Shown here in pieces: positions 1-11,223 of a stretch of DNA of 64,000 nt (position 1 is its first letter; every line of letters starts with the position of its first letter). The notes under the pieces are model-generated. The model was not told where the DNA came from and did no database searches. It saw only the letters and a list, made by a program, of their open reading frames with translations. Source of the stretch: Bugula neritina (taxonomy: Eukaryota; Animalia; Bryozoa); NCBI GenBank assembly GCA_964035545.1, contig OZ037766.1:930001-994000 (forward strand), read 5' to 3'. A program made the position numbers and the translations under genes.

Positions 1-416
1 TGTTAAAGTACAGCAATATGGGCGTATATATTTAAGCACGTACCTTTAAAGCTGTTTGTAAGAATAAATCCAAAGTTACAGCCTCTTCTGGGTGAACATT
101 AGCCGCACACCCATTAGATGGGAGTCTGGGACAGAGTTAACACGCTGGTTACTTCGCTAATTAGTCTGTAACTGGTTACTTCTAACTCTTTACTTGTAAT
201 TACGTCCTTCGTCTGTGCAGATTAATCAATGTATTGACGTCAGAAAGAGCCATTTCCCTAATACAATGAGTAGTTGGCGTGTGACAGCGAGCCTTTCTAA
301 CTATTGCTGCCGCTGGCCGCAGAGTCAGCCAACCAGCAGAGTGCTATTAACATCTAACATGTCCATTTCTGCAGAAGTGAAATTATTTACAAACTTAAAA
401 TAAAGTAATACTAAAT

Positions 417-1953
417 TTACACGTCAGTTTCGAGGCTATTAGTGGATGAGCGGTGATTCGTGCCTACGTGGTTCTGCATAGAATTATTTTTATTGACAAT
501 ATTTGAATAAGTTTGTAGGTTGGCTGTCAGAGGCACCCTTTCACAGTTGAGTTCTTCTAGATTTGAGGCTATTGATAGTGTTGAGCTGGTCTTTTGGCCA
601 AGTGAAGGCTTGACGCTAGGGCAAGTCTCTACGTGTTGCTGGTTGCTGCTCTTATCATCGCTCTCTGACTCTCTGTGGTAGAAGTAATTAAAGTTAGAGA
701 CTATCACAGGTACGGGCAGAGCAATCATAAGCACCCCGGTTATGGCGCACAATGAACCAACCAGTTTGCCAGCTGTAGTCGTGGGCCGCATGTCACCGTA
801 CCCAACCGTGGTCATCGTTACAACGGCCCACCAGAATGCACCGGGAATGCTTTTAAAGAACGTCTGGTCGTCATCAGCCTCAGCAAAGTAAACGGCACTG
901 GAGAAGAGCACCACTCCTATGACCAGGAAGAATATAAGCAGAGCCAGCTCTCTCAAACTGGCCTTCAACGTCTGGCCCAAAATCTGTAGGCCTTTAGAGT
1001 GTCTGGATAATTTGAATATTCTAAACACACGGACGAGTCTAATAACTCTGAGTATGGCCAGCGACATGGCCTGATTACCACTTGGAGCGTCGTCACTGGC
1101 TGCTGCTGCTGCCACCACAGGCTCTCCTGGTGCTGCCTTCTGCTCGTCAGCTATGACTGTACCCAGTGTAATGAAGTATGGCACAATAGCCATAATGTCT
1201 ATTAGGTTCATAAAGTTCTTGAAGAAAGCTAGCTTGTCTGGGCTGGAGGCAAACCGCACCAACAACTCTGACGTAAACCATATAATACAGGCGGTTTCAA
1301 TAATAAAAAAGGGTTCTGTAAACTTAGGAACGTCATCTTCTACTATAGACTCAATAATTTCACTTCTGTTGCCTAAAATTGTGGATACATTTTCCACTTT
1401 GTAGTGTTTGAACTGCGGGAGAGTCTCCAGACAGAAAGTTACTATAGATAAAAGAATAATGACTACTGATAGTATTGCTATTATTTTGGCTGGCATAGAA
1501 GATTCCGGGTATTCAAACAGCAGCCATACTGCCCGCTGAAACTTATTTGTAGGTAATTCTTGTTCTTCCTCTTTTATGAAACCTTCGTCTTCCCGGAACT
1601 TGTCTATCGTTTCCTGGCCAAGGTCATAAAACTTTATTTCTTCTGAGAAAACATCTAGCGGAACATTGACGGGACGGCGCAACCTGCCCCCGCTCTGATA
1701 ATAGTACAAAATTGCATCAAAACTAGGTCTATTTCTGTCAAAAAAGTATTCGTTTCTCAACGGATCAAAGTACCTATTTCGTTTGACAGCGTTACCAAGA
1801 AGAGAATCGGGGAACTGGTTTAGAGTCTTGAGTTGGGTCTCATATCTCATACCGCTCACATTGATAATGACTCGCTCCTGGCACTCGTATATGTTGCCTG
1901 TGCCTGTATCGAGTTCCGTGTGCACTTCATCTGGGACTCGAGAGGCAAAGTTC
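417..1953 (-). CDS. Shaker: Shaker/Kv1 voltage-gated potassium channel, core coding exon (T1 domain, S1-S6, C-terminus)
   Basis: T1 domain ([38 protein letters not shown]), S4 ([23 protein letters not shown]), pore [10 protein letters not shown]6 PVP and C-terminal PDZ ligand ETDV. The ORF-track start at 1925 is a GTG; the exon opens at the acceptor TTTTGTAG|G (AG 1955-1954), phase 2. Stop TAA 419-417. Confidence 0.97.
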
Positions 1954-2435
1954 CTACAAAAGTATTACATTATTAGTCAACATCCTTTAGGGTCAAGCAC
2001 TATCTGTATCTATAGAGAGCTAACAAGCTACTGATTAAAACCTGGATAATTTTAAAAACTATTCTACTGACAATAGCTTCCAAAAAAGTATTGTTGAACC
2101 GTACATAATGTGTTCATTGAGCACATTAGCTCTTTTATATCATAGAATTAGTATTTTTGGTGCACACATCTTTATGCTGAGTGAAATCATTCAACCTTTC
2201 TCACGAAATAAAATACATGTGATAGTAGCAGACATTATAAATATTGCAAGAAGATAATGCATTATCCCGTATCTTCATGGAGTTGTAGCATTATTATCAG
2301 GCACTTCCCCTAGTCAAACTTCTCCATCACTATAAATACTTTATATAAGGTGCCTTTCACACTGCAAACTATACTAAGAGCCATTTCATTTACCACTAAA
2401 CAAATATATTGTTTAAGTTATATAAAAATAGACAC

Positions 2436-3218
2436 TGTAGTGTCCTTTATAATAAATAGTAAAATTTCATAAATTTGGTTTTATTTAGTTTGCTTACTGA
2501 CACTCTGCTGCCAATTTGTTCATAACTGTCATAATATATATCAATTAGCAATTTAGCATTTACCGACATTGCCACACTGCGTTTGTGTTGTCACATATTC
2601 CAACAGCGATGAATCACCCATCCTTAGTGTACTCTTTAGCACTTGTTTGTCACTGTTTTTTTTTATCTTCAAGACCATTTTAGTATCACTCGGTGCATTG
2701 CAAGTTTTATTTTGCACTGGCTGCACTCAAAAAACCATGACTAAGAAACTGAGTGCACTAGCTTTACACATGCCGACAAAAACAGTTAAAATACATTTAG
2801 CCAGGACATTATCGTAAGAACCCTCAAGCGTCAAGGTTCCATTCTCATCTACTCTCACATAATATTATAGCTATTTTTACAAACACACGGTATAAAATGT
2901 TGCTTTCTTTATACTACTAACTCTCTCCTAGAAAGGGTGAAAGAGGTATGCTTTTATATATTATAACTTTGTTGATTTATACTGTTACTTTGAATATTTT
3001 AATAATTATAAAACAAGCAATTTATCAAATTCTTTTATGTACTTTTCTGTGTTTAATTTGCTCTTATTCTATCATATTTTAATCATTTTGTTTTGTGAAA
3101 ATTGTAGTTTCACGGTGTAAAAGGTGTAAATGGTGTGAACAGTGTAAATCAATAAACTATCTACACTAAAACATACACCCGTATGGAACTTTCATAGCAA
3201 ACTAGGAGGGCAGTTACA
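2436..3218 (+). repeat. 5' LTR of BEL/Pao element
   Basis: TGTAGTGTCC...CAGTTACA; direct repeat of 10441-11223 (offset 8005); TATAAAA at 2891, AATAAA at 3151. Confidence 0.96.
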
Positions 3219-4186
3219 GTGAAACTCTTACCTAAAACTTAAAGTGAAACTCTTCCCACTTGCCTTTGACAAGTGTTAGACTCTTAGCTCTCACGAAGTG
3301 GAACTTTAACCTAAGACAGCAAGTAAAACTTCCCACTTGCTGCTGACAAGCGAAACTGTAACCTACTTACACTCAAATGATTGAACCTTGATTTTCCACT
3401 CTACATCAAGCTCCCACAACTTTAATCCAAAACAGCACGTAATACTCTAATGTGAAATGCTTCTATCCTCATGCACAGAGTAAATTCTCATTCATCACTT
3501 ACGATAAGCACAAGCACACCAAACCCAAGTTAAACAACTCAACCCACAATTCACCCAAATCAGGCATACAGTCTCCGGGGGAAAACTGACCAGCAGTCGA
3601 ACGATAGCCAAACTATCAGCCTATACAGTCGTACCGAGCCAGCGCCAGTCAGCCAAGAGCCAGAGCTACAAAGCCAGAGCCAAAAGCCAGAGCCAGCAGC
3701 CAACAAGACTCCAGAGCGATAAGTTTAATTATATCTATACTGTATAAGTTTTTACCCAATTGACACATTGTCCTAGTTAACCACAATTTACTTCTTGTAC
3801 TACATAGCTACCAAATTTTACATAGCTCTCAAGCTAATTATAACTTTTCATTCACATATCACAATTACTATTAGTGAGCATCTTTATTTTCATTTGTTCT
3901 ATCTCTTTATTACTGTAACATCGCTGTTGTAATAGTGACAACACAGCGTGCGTTTACATTCCGGGCAATAACTAGGTCAAAGCAATAATTTAACAGTCAA
4001 CGCACTACGATTTTCCTTGCCTACTGTGGTTACGCGTGCTATCTTTGAATTTATTGTGCGCTTTGTGACAGTAAGCCAACTGACCAGAAATTCGATATTT
4101 TCAAAAAACTAATTAGGAGTTGTGTTTTCACGCCAAGATATTCAACACTAAATTCTCACACATTTTGCTATTTCTTTTTGTCAACC

Positions 4187-7100
4187 ATGTATAAACAAAA
4201 TACTCAATCAGAAAATGCTGCAATTAGTGACACTTTTCAGTTTGACCAAAATTCGTCAGCCAAAAATTACGAGACATTAGAACAGGAAATTCAACCCACA
4301 CAAGGACATGTTGAGATACATGAAGACAATCCAACTCATGCTAAACGTATTGAAATCAAACTATTGGCAGATAAATTAAAAGAGATACTAAAAAACTGCA
4401 GTGTGTTTCATCAGTTCATAAGTAAGGAATTTTCCTCACATAAAGAGATATCGTTTGAGACTTTAGAAGGTTTAAAGACGCAGCTTATTGAAGAGAAGGC
4501 CAATGTAATCAAGGCCTATGAACAATTGCGCGAAGCTTGTGGCGATCTTGAACCAGATCTAAAAGTCAGAAACCAAATTGACCGCGTAGGAGCAGATAAT
4601 GAAAATTGTCTGCAACAAGTCTTAGAGCTGATGCATGTCTATACAACGCGTTCTAAAACTGCTTTATCAAACCAACCAGGCGCATCATCAGCTGCTTTTC
4701 TGTCTAAACCACGTAACCCATCAGGTTCAGTCATTTCAATTCAATCTCGATCCCATCTCACCTCAGCTTCCAAATCATCCCGTGCTAGTTCAAAAATTAA
4801 AGCTATGCAGTTGGAAGCTAAAGCAAAATCTGCAGCTCTCAAACAGAAACTTGAGTCATCAAAAAGCACTCATGCACTAGAAATGCAAGCCAAACAATTG
4901 GCAATGGCTATAGAGCAAAGCAAAATTCAAGCAGAACTTGATGCCATTGAAGCTGAAGAACAGGTTCTTTCTGAGGCTATGGAAGATGAAGGCAGTATTT
5001 CACTTTTTCATCCACTACCCCAGCCTAACTTCACACAATCACATGCCGAACTCGATAATCCAGCCAAGTCTTCCTCTATTGTACTTCCAGCACCTGCACC
5101 TAACTTTAAACATTTAAATGTCGAAACCCATAATCCAGTCAAACCTTCTATCATGCCTCCAGTACCTGCACCTAGGACTCAGACTAAACATCCTATTACC
5201 AACCCTCAGCTCTACCAGGCACCAGCTGACTCCACTTCGTACCCTACAAGGAGCCCTGTAGACGTCACTCCACCATGGAACATCAGCTCCGTTTCTGATC
5301 AACAAGCATTTGCTAACACACTAGCACAAGCTATTCACACAATCAAACTAAAACCTGCCGAGCCCACTGTATTTTTTGGTGAACCCCTCGAATATTTGGA
5401 TTGGAAGGTGGCATTTGAGGGTCTCATTGAGAGTGGTAGTTACAATCCCCTCCAAAAGATAGCTCTCCTTCAACAATATTTAGGTGGTAAAGCTAAACGA
5501 GTAGTAGCAAATTTATTCCAAATTGGAACTGAAGAAGCATTTAAAGAAGCAAAACGCAAGCTAAATGATAAATTCGGGAAACCCCACATACTCACTGAAG
5601 CATATCGGACCCAGTTGGAACAGTGGCCCCTTATCAAAGAACATGACGGGGAGGCACTGGAAGAACTAGTCAATTTTCTAGAATCCTGCCAAACCGCCAT
5701 GAACAAGCTTCCTGAACTCAACTGCCTTAATGATCGAAGAGAAAACGAGAAAATTCTCGCTAAATTACCAATATCGGTAGGCAATCGTTGGGTCAAAATA
5801 GCAACTGAAATAGAATCAGCAACAGATCGGTTTCCATCAATATTTGATTTTGTTCGGTTCTTGTCTAAAGAAGCTGATGTAGCAAGCAACAGTCTAAACA
5901 AAGCCATAGCCAAAAGAGTCGTATCAAATAGAAACCATGATAACAGCTATAGGCGGAATCAACCTACTCGCAAGTCCGAAAAGCAGGCAACAGCATTTCT
6001 CGCTTCAGAAAATCAAGCTACAACAGCCAACATATCACATGACACCACAAAACCTATGCGTAGGTACCCATGCTTGATGTGTAACATGAACAACCATGGC
6101 ACTGGCATCTGTTTCAAACTTGAAAAATTACCTCATTCAGACATAGAGAAATTATTTGACAATAACAACCTTTGTTATTCATGTGCGAAGCCGGGACACA
6201 AAATGGATAAATGTCGCCACCCTGCGACGTGCACTAAAAAAGACTGTAAGCAAAAACATCTTGCTGTGTTCCATAAGTATTACAATAGAGGCAGCGAAAA
6301 TAAGACCTCTCAACCAAATAAAATTTCACATAACAATCAAATTCGAGGCAGCGAAAATAAGTCCTCCACTCAAAACTCAACTTCCAATAAAGGCAACGAA
6401 AATAATCCAACACAAGCCACCGCACGTAACTGCGCCGGAAATAGGCCAGCAAACCTTGCCTCATGGACCATTCCAGTGTATGTATCATCAATAGAAAATC
6501 CTGGCCATGAAGTCCTAGTCTATGCTCTATTAGACTCTGGTTCTAATCACACATTCATCACTCACGACACTATCCATGCACTCAACGCCACTACTCATGA
6601 TACGGACATGAATATCAGCACCCTCACAGATGTACAAGGGTCTACATCCAGCAGACAAGCTGCAACTGGGCTGTTAGTCCGCGGCTACAATAGACAAAAG
6701 TATATTAAGCTGCCAACTTGTGTTAGTCAGTCACAAATACCCTTCAATCGCAATGAAATTCCTAATTCCATGTCCGTACAGGACTGGCCCCATCTACGTC
6801 ACCTTGCTTCTGAATTCATCACTGCCAAAGAAGGCAACCAGCTCACTCTCGGTCTCCTCATTGGTGGCAATCTGCCACAAGTATTCATGTCACGGCAAGA
6901 AATTACTGCTGGTGACAATGTGCCATTTGCTAGGCTGAGTGATCTTGGTTGGCTACTCATGGGAAATACCACACAAAATAATACTCAAAAGAACCCCCGT
7001 AATTTGCTTACGATAGTAAACCTTGCAGTCTTACAACCCACAACCAGAGAAAATATCTCATTTAAGATACAGGCAGACAGCCACAATGAAGATGCCAACC

Positions 7101-10100
7101 TGGAAACCAAAATCCTTAAGATCCTAAGCTCTGACTTTGATTCAGATCCGTCAAATGAGAATTCAAAGATGTCAATCGATGACATCAACTTCTTGAAACT
7201 CATGAAAGAGCAAACATATAAAGATGTAGAAGGTCACATCACTATGCCTCTTCCACTAAAATCTCAACCCGGTCCGAACAAATCTAAATACATGGCACTC
7301 AATCGATTCAAAAATCTTCAAAAAAATTTAACTGATCCTACTTTCTCTGAGCACTATCACAAATTTATGAATGACATCATAACACAAGGTGAGGCAGAAC
7401 TTGTTCCAGATGACCAGAAAAACAATGAGAGCGCATGGTACATCCCTCACTTTGGTGTTTACCATCCCAAGAAACCTGGAAAAATTCGGATTGTCTTTGA
7501 TGGAGCCGCCAAGGTGGGAGGGATGTGTCTCAATGACTATCTGCTCCAGGGTCCTGATCAAATGAATAGCTTGATAGGTATTTTGATGAGATTCAGGAAA
7601 GACCTGGTAGGAGTAACCTGTGACATTGGTAGAATGTTCCATCAGTTTCGGGTTTTTCCTGAACATAGAGATCTCCTCAGGTTTCTTTGGTATGACGAAC
7701 AGGGAGAGATAGTTCCTTACAGAATGAAAGTGCATCTCTTTGGCGCAACGTCATCCCCCGCATGCACAACATACGGTTTGCGGTCACTCTGTGACACTAG
7801 CATCAACCCAAACACACTTGCTAAATCGTTCATCAGAAACAACTTTTATGTAGATGATGGTTTAATGAGTTTCTCTGATACTGACTCTGCAATTAGTGTG
7901 GTCCAAGACGCCATATCCATATGCCAAGAAGGCAATTTACGTCTTCACAAATTCTCATCTAACTCATCTGCTGTTCTCGAATCTATCCCCGCTTCTGAAA
8001 GAAATGTGCAAGACATCCAAACTCTTGAGCCTGATGATGATTCTCAACCCATTGAAAGAACTCTAGGTCTTCTGTGGTCACTCAAATCTGATGCTTTCAC
8101 ATTCAGCTCATCCATCAAGTCAAACCCTAACACTCGTTCAGGTGTTCTCTCTACCATTGCATCCATATTTGATCCTTTAGGCTTCCTCTCCCCATTCATT
8201 TTGAAGGGTAAAAATATACTCCAAGATATGTGTAGAATTTCAGCTTCATGGGAGGCAACCCTAGAAGGTGAACTGTTATTACGGTGGGAGAGCTGGAAAT
8301 CTTCTCTGTCCGATCTCTCCAACATCCACATCAAGAGATGCTACAAACCACATGATTTCGGTGATATCTCCAAAGCAGAAATTCATCATTTCTCCGATGC
8401 CAGTACAGATGGCTATGGTGAAGTCAGCTACTTGAGAGTGGTCAATGCCAAGCACCAAGTCAATGTTTCCTTGCTCATGAGTAAAGGTCGAGTAGCTCCA
8501 ATCAAACCCATCACAATCCCCCGCATGGAACTGCAAGCAGCAGTCACCTCAGCACAAGTATCCGGCATTATTAGGTCAGAACTTGGAATGGATGTCACTG
8601 AAACATTTTGGACTGATTCTCAAGTTGTACTTGGCTATCTCAAAAACACCTCAAAGAAGTTCCATGTATATGTCACAAACCGAATCCAAAAGGTTAGAGA
8701 CCAGTCATGTCCAGAAAGTTGGTTTTACGTACCAACAGACCAGAACCCTGCTGACCATGCCTCAAGAGGTCTGACCATTGATCAGCTAAACAAGTCCAAC
8801 TGGTTCACGGGACCAGATTTTCTCTGGAATGAACCGATAGTAATCCCTGAGCAGCCAACCCCACAAGTTAGAAATGATGACAAAGAGGTCAAGTCACTTG
8901 TTACTTCAACCCATGATACCTCCACCCATCCAACACTTTATCATTTGCTCCATCGCTTTTCCTCCTGGACGACAGCTGTCAAAGTGACAGGACTATTCAT
9001 TCAGAAAGCACGCTCTAAGCACATGAAAAGCACTTCTTATGATATAAAATCTGCCTCTGAATCATACATCATCAAATCTGCACAACAGGAGCATCTTCCT
9101 GAAGCTCAATGCCTGAAAGATGGCAAGAAAATCAGTCAAAGCAGCCCTATCTTCAATCTCAGCCCATTCCTTGATTCAAAGGGTATCATGAGAGTTGGAG
9201 GTAGACTCGATCATAGCGCATTCATTGAGTTCTCAAACAAACACCCAATCATCCTTCCCAAGGCCGGACATTTTACCCAACTTCTTCTTCAGCACTTCCA
9301 TAACCAGGCTAAGCATCAAGGTCGTGGAATGACCCTAGCTCAAATGAGATCAGCTGGTTATTGGGTCATAGGTGCTAGACAGCTAGTTACCTCTCTCATC
9401 TATCATTGTGTGGACTGCCGTCGTGATCGCGGTAAGCCAATCATTCCAAATATGTCTTCACTTCCTGCAGAAAGAGTTACAGAGTCACCCCCTTTCACTT
9501 ATTGTGGAGTCGACTGTTTTGGCCCCTTCCAAGTCAAGGATAGACGCACTGAACTGAAACGTTATGGTCTAATGGTCACTTGCTTGGCCAGTCGAGCGGT
9601 CCACATCGAGCTACTCGATGACATGACTACTTCTTCCTTCATAAATGCCATTCGCAACGTAATTGCTATTCGCGGCCCCATTAGAGAAATCTGGTGTGAC
9701 CAGGGTACCAACTTCATTGGCGCTATTCCTGAACTAACTGAGAAAGGTGTCCTGGAGTTTAAGCTAAACCCGCCTGCAGCCAGTCACATGGGTGGCGTCT
9801 GGGAAAGGATGATCCGTTCAGCTAGAAGCATACTTCAGCACGTTCTGAGAAAACATGCCGGAAGACTCGACACCAGTAACCTCCGAACCCTCATGTATGA
9901 GGTTATGGCTATCATAAATTCGAGGCCCCTTTCCACAGTCACTGAAGAACATCATCCTCTCACTCCAAATCTCCTGCTGACTATGAAGTCAGACATCATT
10001 CTTTCACCTCCATCTGAATTCACCGACAGTGATATTTACAGCCGCAAGCGCTGGCGTGCTGTGCAGCATCTGGCAAATAACTTCTGGCAGCGCTGGCGCA

Positions 10101-10366
10101 CTGAGTATTTGTGCTATCTCCAATCTCGCCAGAAATGGGTGAATCAAACAGGCCGAGAAATGAAGACCGGAAACATAGTGATTATTGTGGATGACAATGG
10201 TAATAGAAATGAGTGGTCTATGGGAAAGGTGGTAGAATGTATAAAATCAAAAGACGGTAGAGTCCGATCAGCCAAAATTTTAATTGGTAATAGAAACCAG
10301 CCTGTGAACTCCAAAAAGTACCTACACCGCCCTGTCTCAAAGCTGGTGACACTAATTGAAAACTAA
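4187..10366 (+). CDS. BEL/Pao Gag-Pol polyprotein (Gag, three zinc knuckles, aspartic protease, RT, RNase H, integrase)
   Basis: First ATG 4187. Knuckles CLMCNMNNHGTGIC, CYSCAKPGHKMDKC, CTKKDCKQKHLAVFH; protease LLDSGS; RT FYVDD; RNase H FSDAS/ELQAA/WTDS; integrase HHCC plus GVDCFG, CDQGTNF, WERMI. Triple knuckle and domain order fit BEL/Pao. Confidence 0.96.
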   Translation: MYKQNTQSENAAISDTFQFDQNSSAKNYETLEQEIQPTQGHVEIHEDNPTHAKRIEIKLLADKLKEILKNCSVFHQFISKEFSSHKEISFETLEGLKTQLIEEKANVIKAYEQLREACGDLEPDLKVRNQIDRVGADNENCLQQVLELMHVYTTRSKTALSNQPGASSAAFLSKPRNPSGSVISIQSRSHLTSASKSSRASSKIKAMQLEAKAKSAALKQKLESSKSTHALEMQAKQLAMAIEQSKIQAELDAIEAEEQVLSEAMEDEGSISLFHPLPQPNFTQSHAELDNPAKSSSIVLPAPAPNFKHLNVETHNPVKPSIMPPVPAPRTQTKHPITNPQLYQAPADSTSYPTRSPVDVTPPWNISSVSDQQAFANTLAQAIHTIKLKPAEPTVFFGEPLEYLDWKVAFEGLIESGSYNPLQKIALLQQYLGGKAKRVVANLFQIGTEEAFKEAKRKLNDKFGKPHILTEAYRTQLEQWPLIKEHDGEALEELVNFLESCQTAMNKLPELNCLNDRRENEKILAKLPISVGNRWVKIATEIESATDRFPSIFDFVRFLSKEADVASNSLNKAIAKRVVSNRNHDNSYRRNQPTRKSEKQATAFLASENQATTANISHDTTKPMRRYPCLMCNMNNHGTGICFKLEKLPHSDIEKLFDNNNLCYSCAKPGHKMDKCRHPATCTKKDCKQKHLAVFHKYYNRGSENKTSQPNKISHNNQIRGSENKSSTQNSTSNKGNENNPTQATARNCAGNRPANLASWTIPVYVSSIENPGHEVLVYALLDSGSNHTFITHDTIHALNATTHDTDMNISTLTDVQGSTSSRQAATGLLVRGYNRQKYIKLPTCVSQSQIPFNRNEIPNSMSVQDWPHLRHLASEFITAKEGNQLTLGLLIGGNLPQVFMSRQEITAGDNVPFARLSDLGWLLMGNTTQNNTQKNPRNLLTIVNLAVLQPTTRENISFKIQADSHNEDANLETKILKILSSDFDSDPSNENSKMSIDDINFLKLMKEQTYKDVEGHITMPLPLKSQPGPNKSKYMALNRFKNLQKNLTDPTFSEHYHKFMNDIITQGEAELVPDDQKNNESAWYIPHFGVYHPKKPGKIRIVFDGAAKVGGMCLNDYLLQGPDQMNSLIGILMRFRKDLVGVTCDIGRMFHQFRVFPEHRDLLRFLWYDEQGEIVPYRMKVHLFGATSSPACTTYGLRSLCDTSINPNTLAKSFIRNNFYVDDGLMSFSDTDSAISVVQDAISICQEGNLRLHKFSSNSSAVLESIPASERNVQDIQTLEPDDDSQPIERTLGLLWSLKSDAFTFSSSIKSNPNTRSGVLSTIASIFDPLGFLSPFILKGKNILQDMCRISASWEATLEGELLLRWESWKSSLSDLSNIHIKRCYKPHDFGDISKAEIHHFSDASTDGYGEVSYLRVVNAKHQVNVSLLMSKGRVAPIKPITIPRMELQAAVTSAQVSGIIRSELGMDVTETFWTDSQVVLGYLKNTSKKFHVYVTNRIQKVRDQSCPESWFYVPTDQNPADHASRGLTIDQLNKSNWFTGPDFLWNEPIVIPEQPTPQVRNDDKEVKSLVTSTHDTSTHPTLYHLLHRFSSWTTAVKVTGLFIQKARSKHMKSTSYDIKSASESYIIKSAQQEHLPEAQCLKDGKKISQSSPIFNLSPFLDSKGIMRVGGRLDHSAFIEFSNKHPIILPKAGHFTQLLLQHFHNQAKHQGRGMTLAQMRSAGYWVIGARQLVTSLIYHCVDCRRDRGKPIIPNMSSLPAERVTESPPFTYCGVDCFGPFQVKDRRTELKRYGLMVTCLASRAVHIELLDDMTTSSFINAIRNVIAIRGPIREIWCDQGTNFIGAIPELTEKGVLEFKLNPPAASHMGGVWERMIRSARSILQHVLRKHAGRLDTSNLRTLMYEVMAIINSRPLSTVTEEHHPLTPNLLLTMKSDIILSPPSEFTDSDIYSRKRWRAVQHLANNFWQRWRTEYLCYLQSRQKWVNQTGREMKTGNIVIIVDDNGNRNEWSMGKVVECIKSKDGRVRSAKILIGNRNQPVNSKKYLHRPVSKLVTLIEN

Positions 10367-10440
10367 AAAATATATACATATGTATTTAAAGGATAACGAG
10401 TAAAACTTTGCTGAAAAATTTCTGAAATTTTAGGTGGGAG

Positions 10441-11223
10441 TGTAGTGTCCTTTATAATAAATAGTAAAATTTCATAAATTTGGTTTTATTTAGTTTGCTT
10501 ACTGACACTCTGCTGCCAATTTGTTCATAACTGTCATAATATATATCAATTAGCAATTTAGCATTTACCGACATTGCCACACTGCGTTTGTGTTGTCACA
10601 TATTCCAACAGCGATGAATCACCCATCCTTAGTGTACTCTTTAGCACTTGTTTGTCACTGTTTTTTTTTATCTTCAAGACCATTTTAGTATCACTCGGTG
10701 CATTGCAAGTTTTATTTTGCACTGGCTGCACTCAAAAAACCATGACTAAGAAACTGAGTGCACTAGCTTTACACATGCCGACAAAAACAGTTAAAATACA
10801 TTTAGCCAGGACATTATCGTAAGAACCCTCAAGCGTCAAGGTTCCATTCTCATCTACTCTCACATAATATTATAGCTATTTTTACAAACACACGGTATAA
10901 AATGTTGCTTTCTTTATACTACTAACTCTCTCCTAGAAAGGGTGAAAGAGGTATGCTTTTATATATTATAACTTTGTTGATTTATACTGTTACTTTGAAT
11001 ATTTTAATAATTATAAAACAAGCAATTTATCAAATTCTTTTATGTACTTTTCTGTGTTTAATTTGCTCTTATTCTATCATATTTTAATCATTTTGTTTTG
11101 TGAAAATTGTAGTTTCACGGTGTAAAAGGTGTAAATGGTGTGAACAGTGTAAATCAATAAACTATCTACACTAAAACATACACCCGTATGGAACTTTCAT
11201 AGCAAACTAGGAGGGCAGTTACA
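10441..11223 (+). repeat. 3' LTR of BEL/Pao element
   Basis: No difference from the 5' LTR seen by eye; followed by the GACAC TSD. Confidence 0.96.

Larger units (their letters stand above)
2436..11223 (+). mobile_element. Full-length BEL/Pao LTR retrotransposon inserted in the Kv1 intron, antisense to Kv1
   Basis: Two 783-bp LTRs with TG...CA ends, 5-bp target-site duplication GACAC (2431-2435 and 11224-11228), PPT-like TAGGTGGGAG at 10431-10440, single intact gag-pol ORF. Confidence 0.97.

Noticed and set aside
2569-2817. 82-aa ORF identical to 10574-10822
   Set aside because: Lies in the LTRs, starts at TTG, no recognisable domain.
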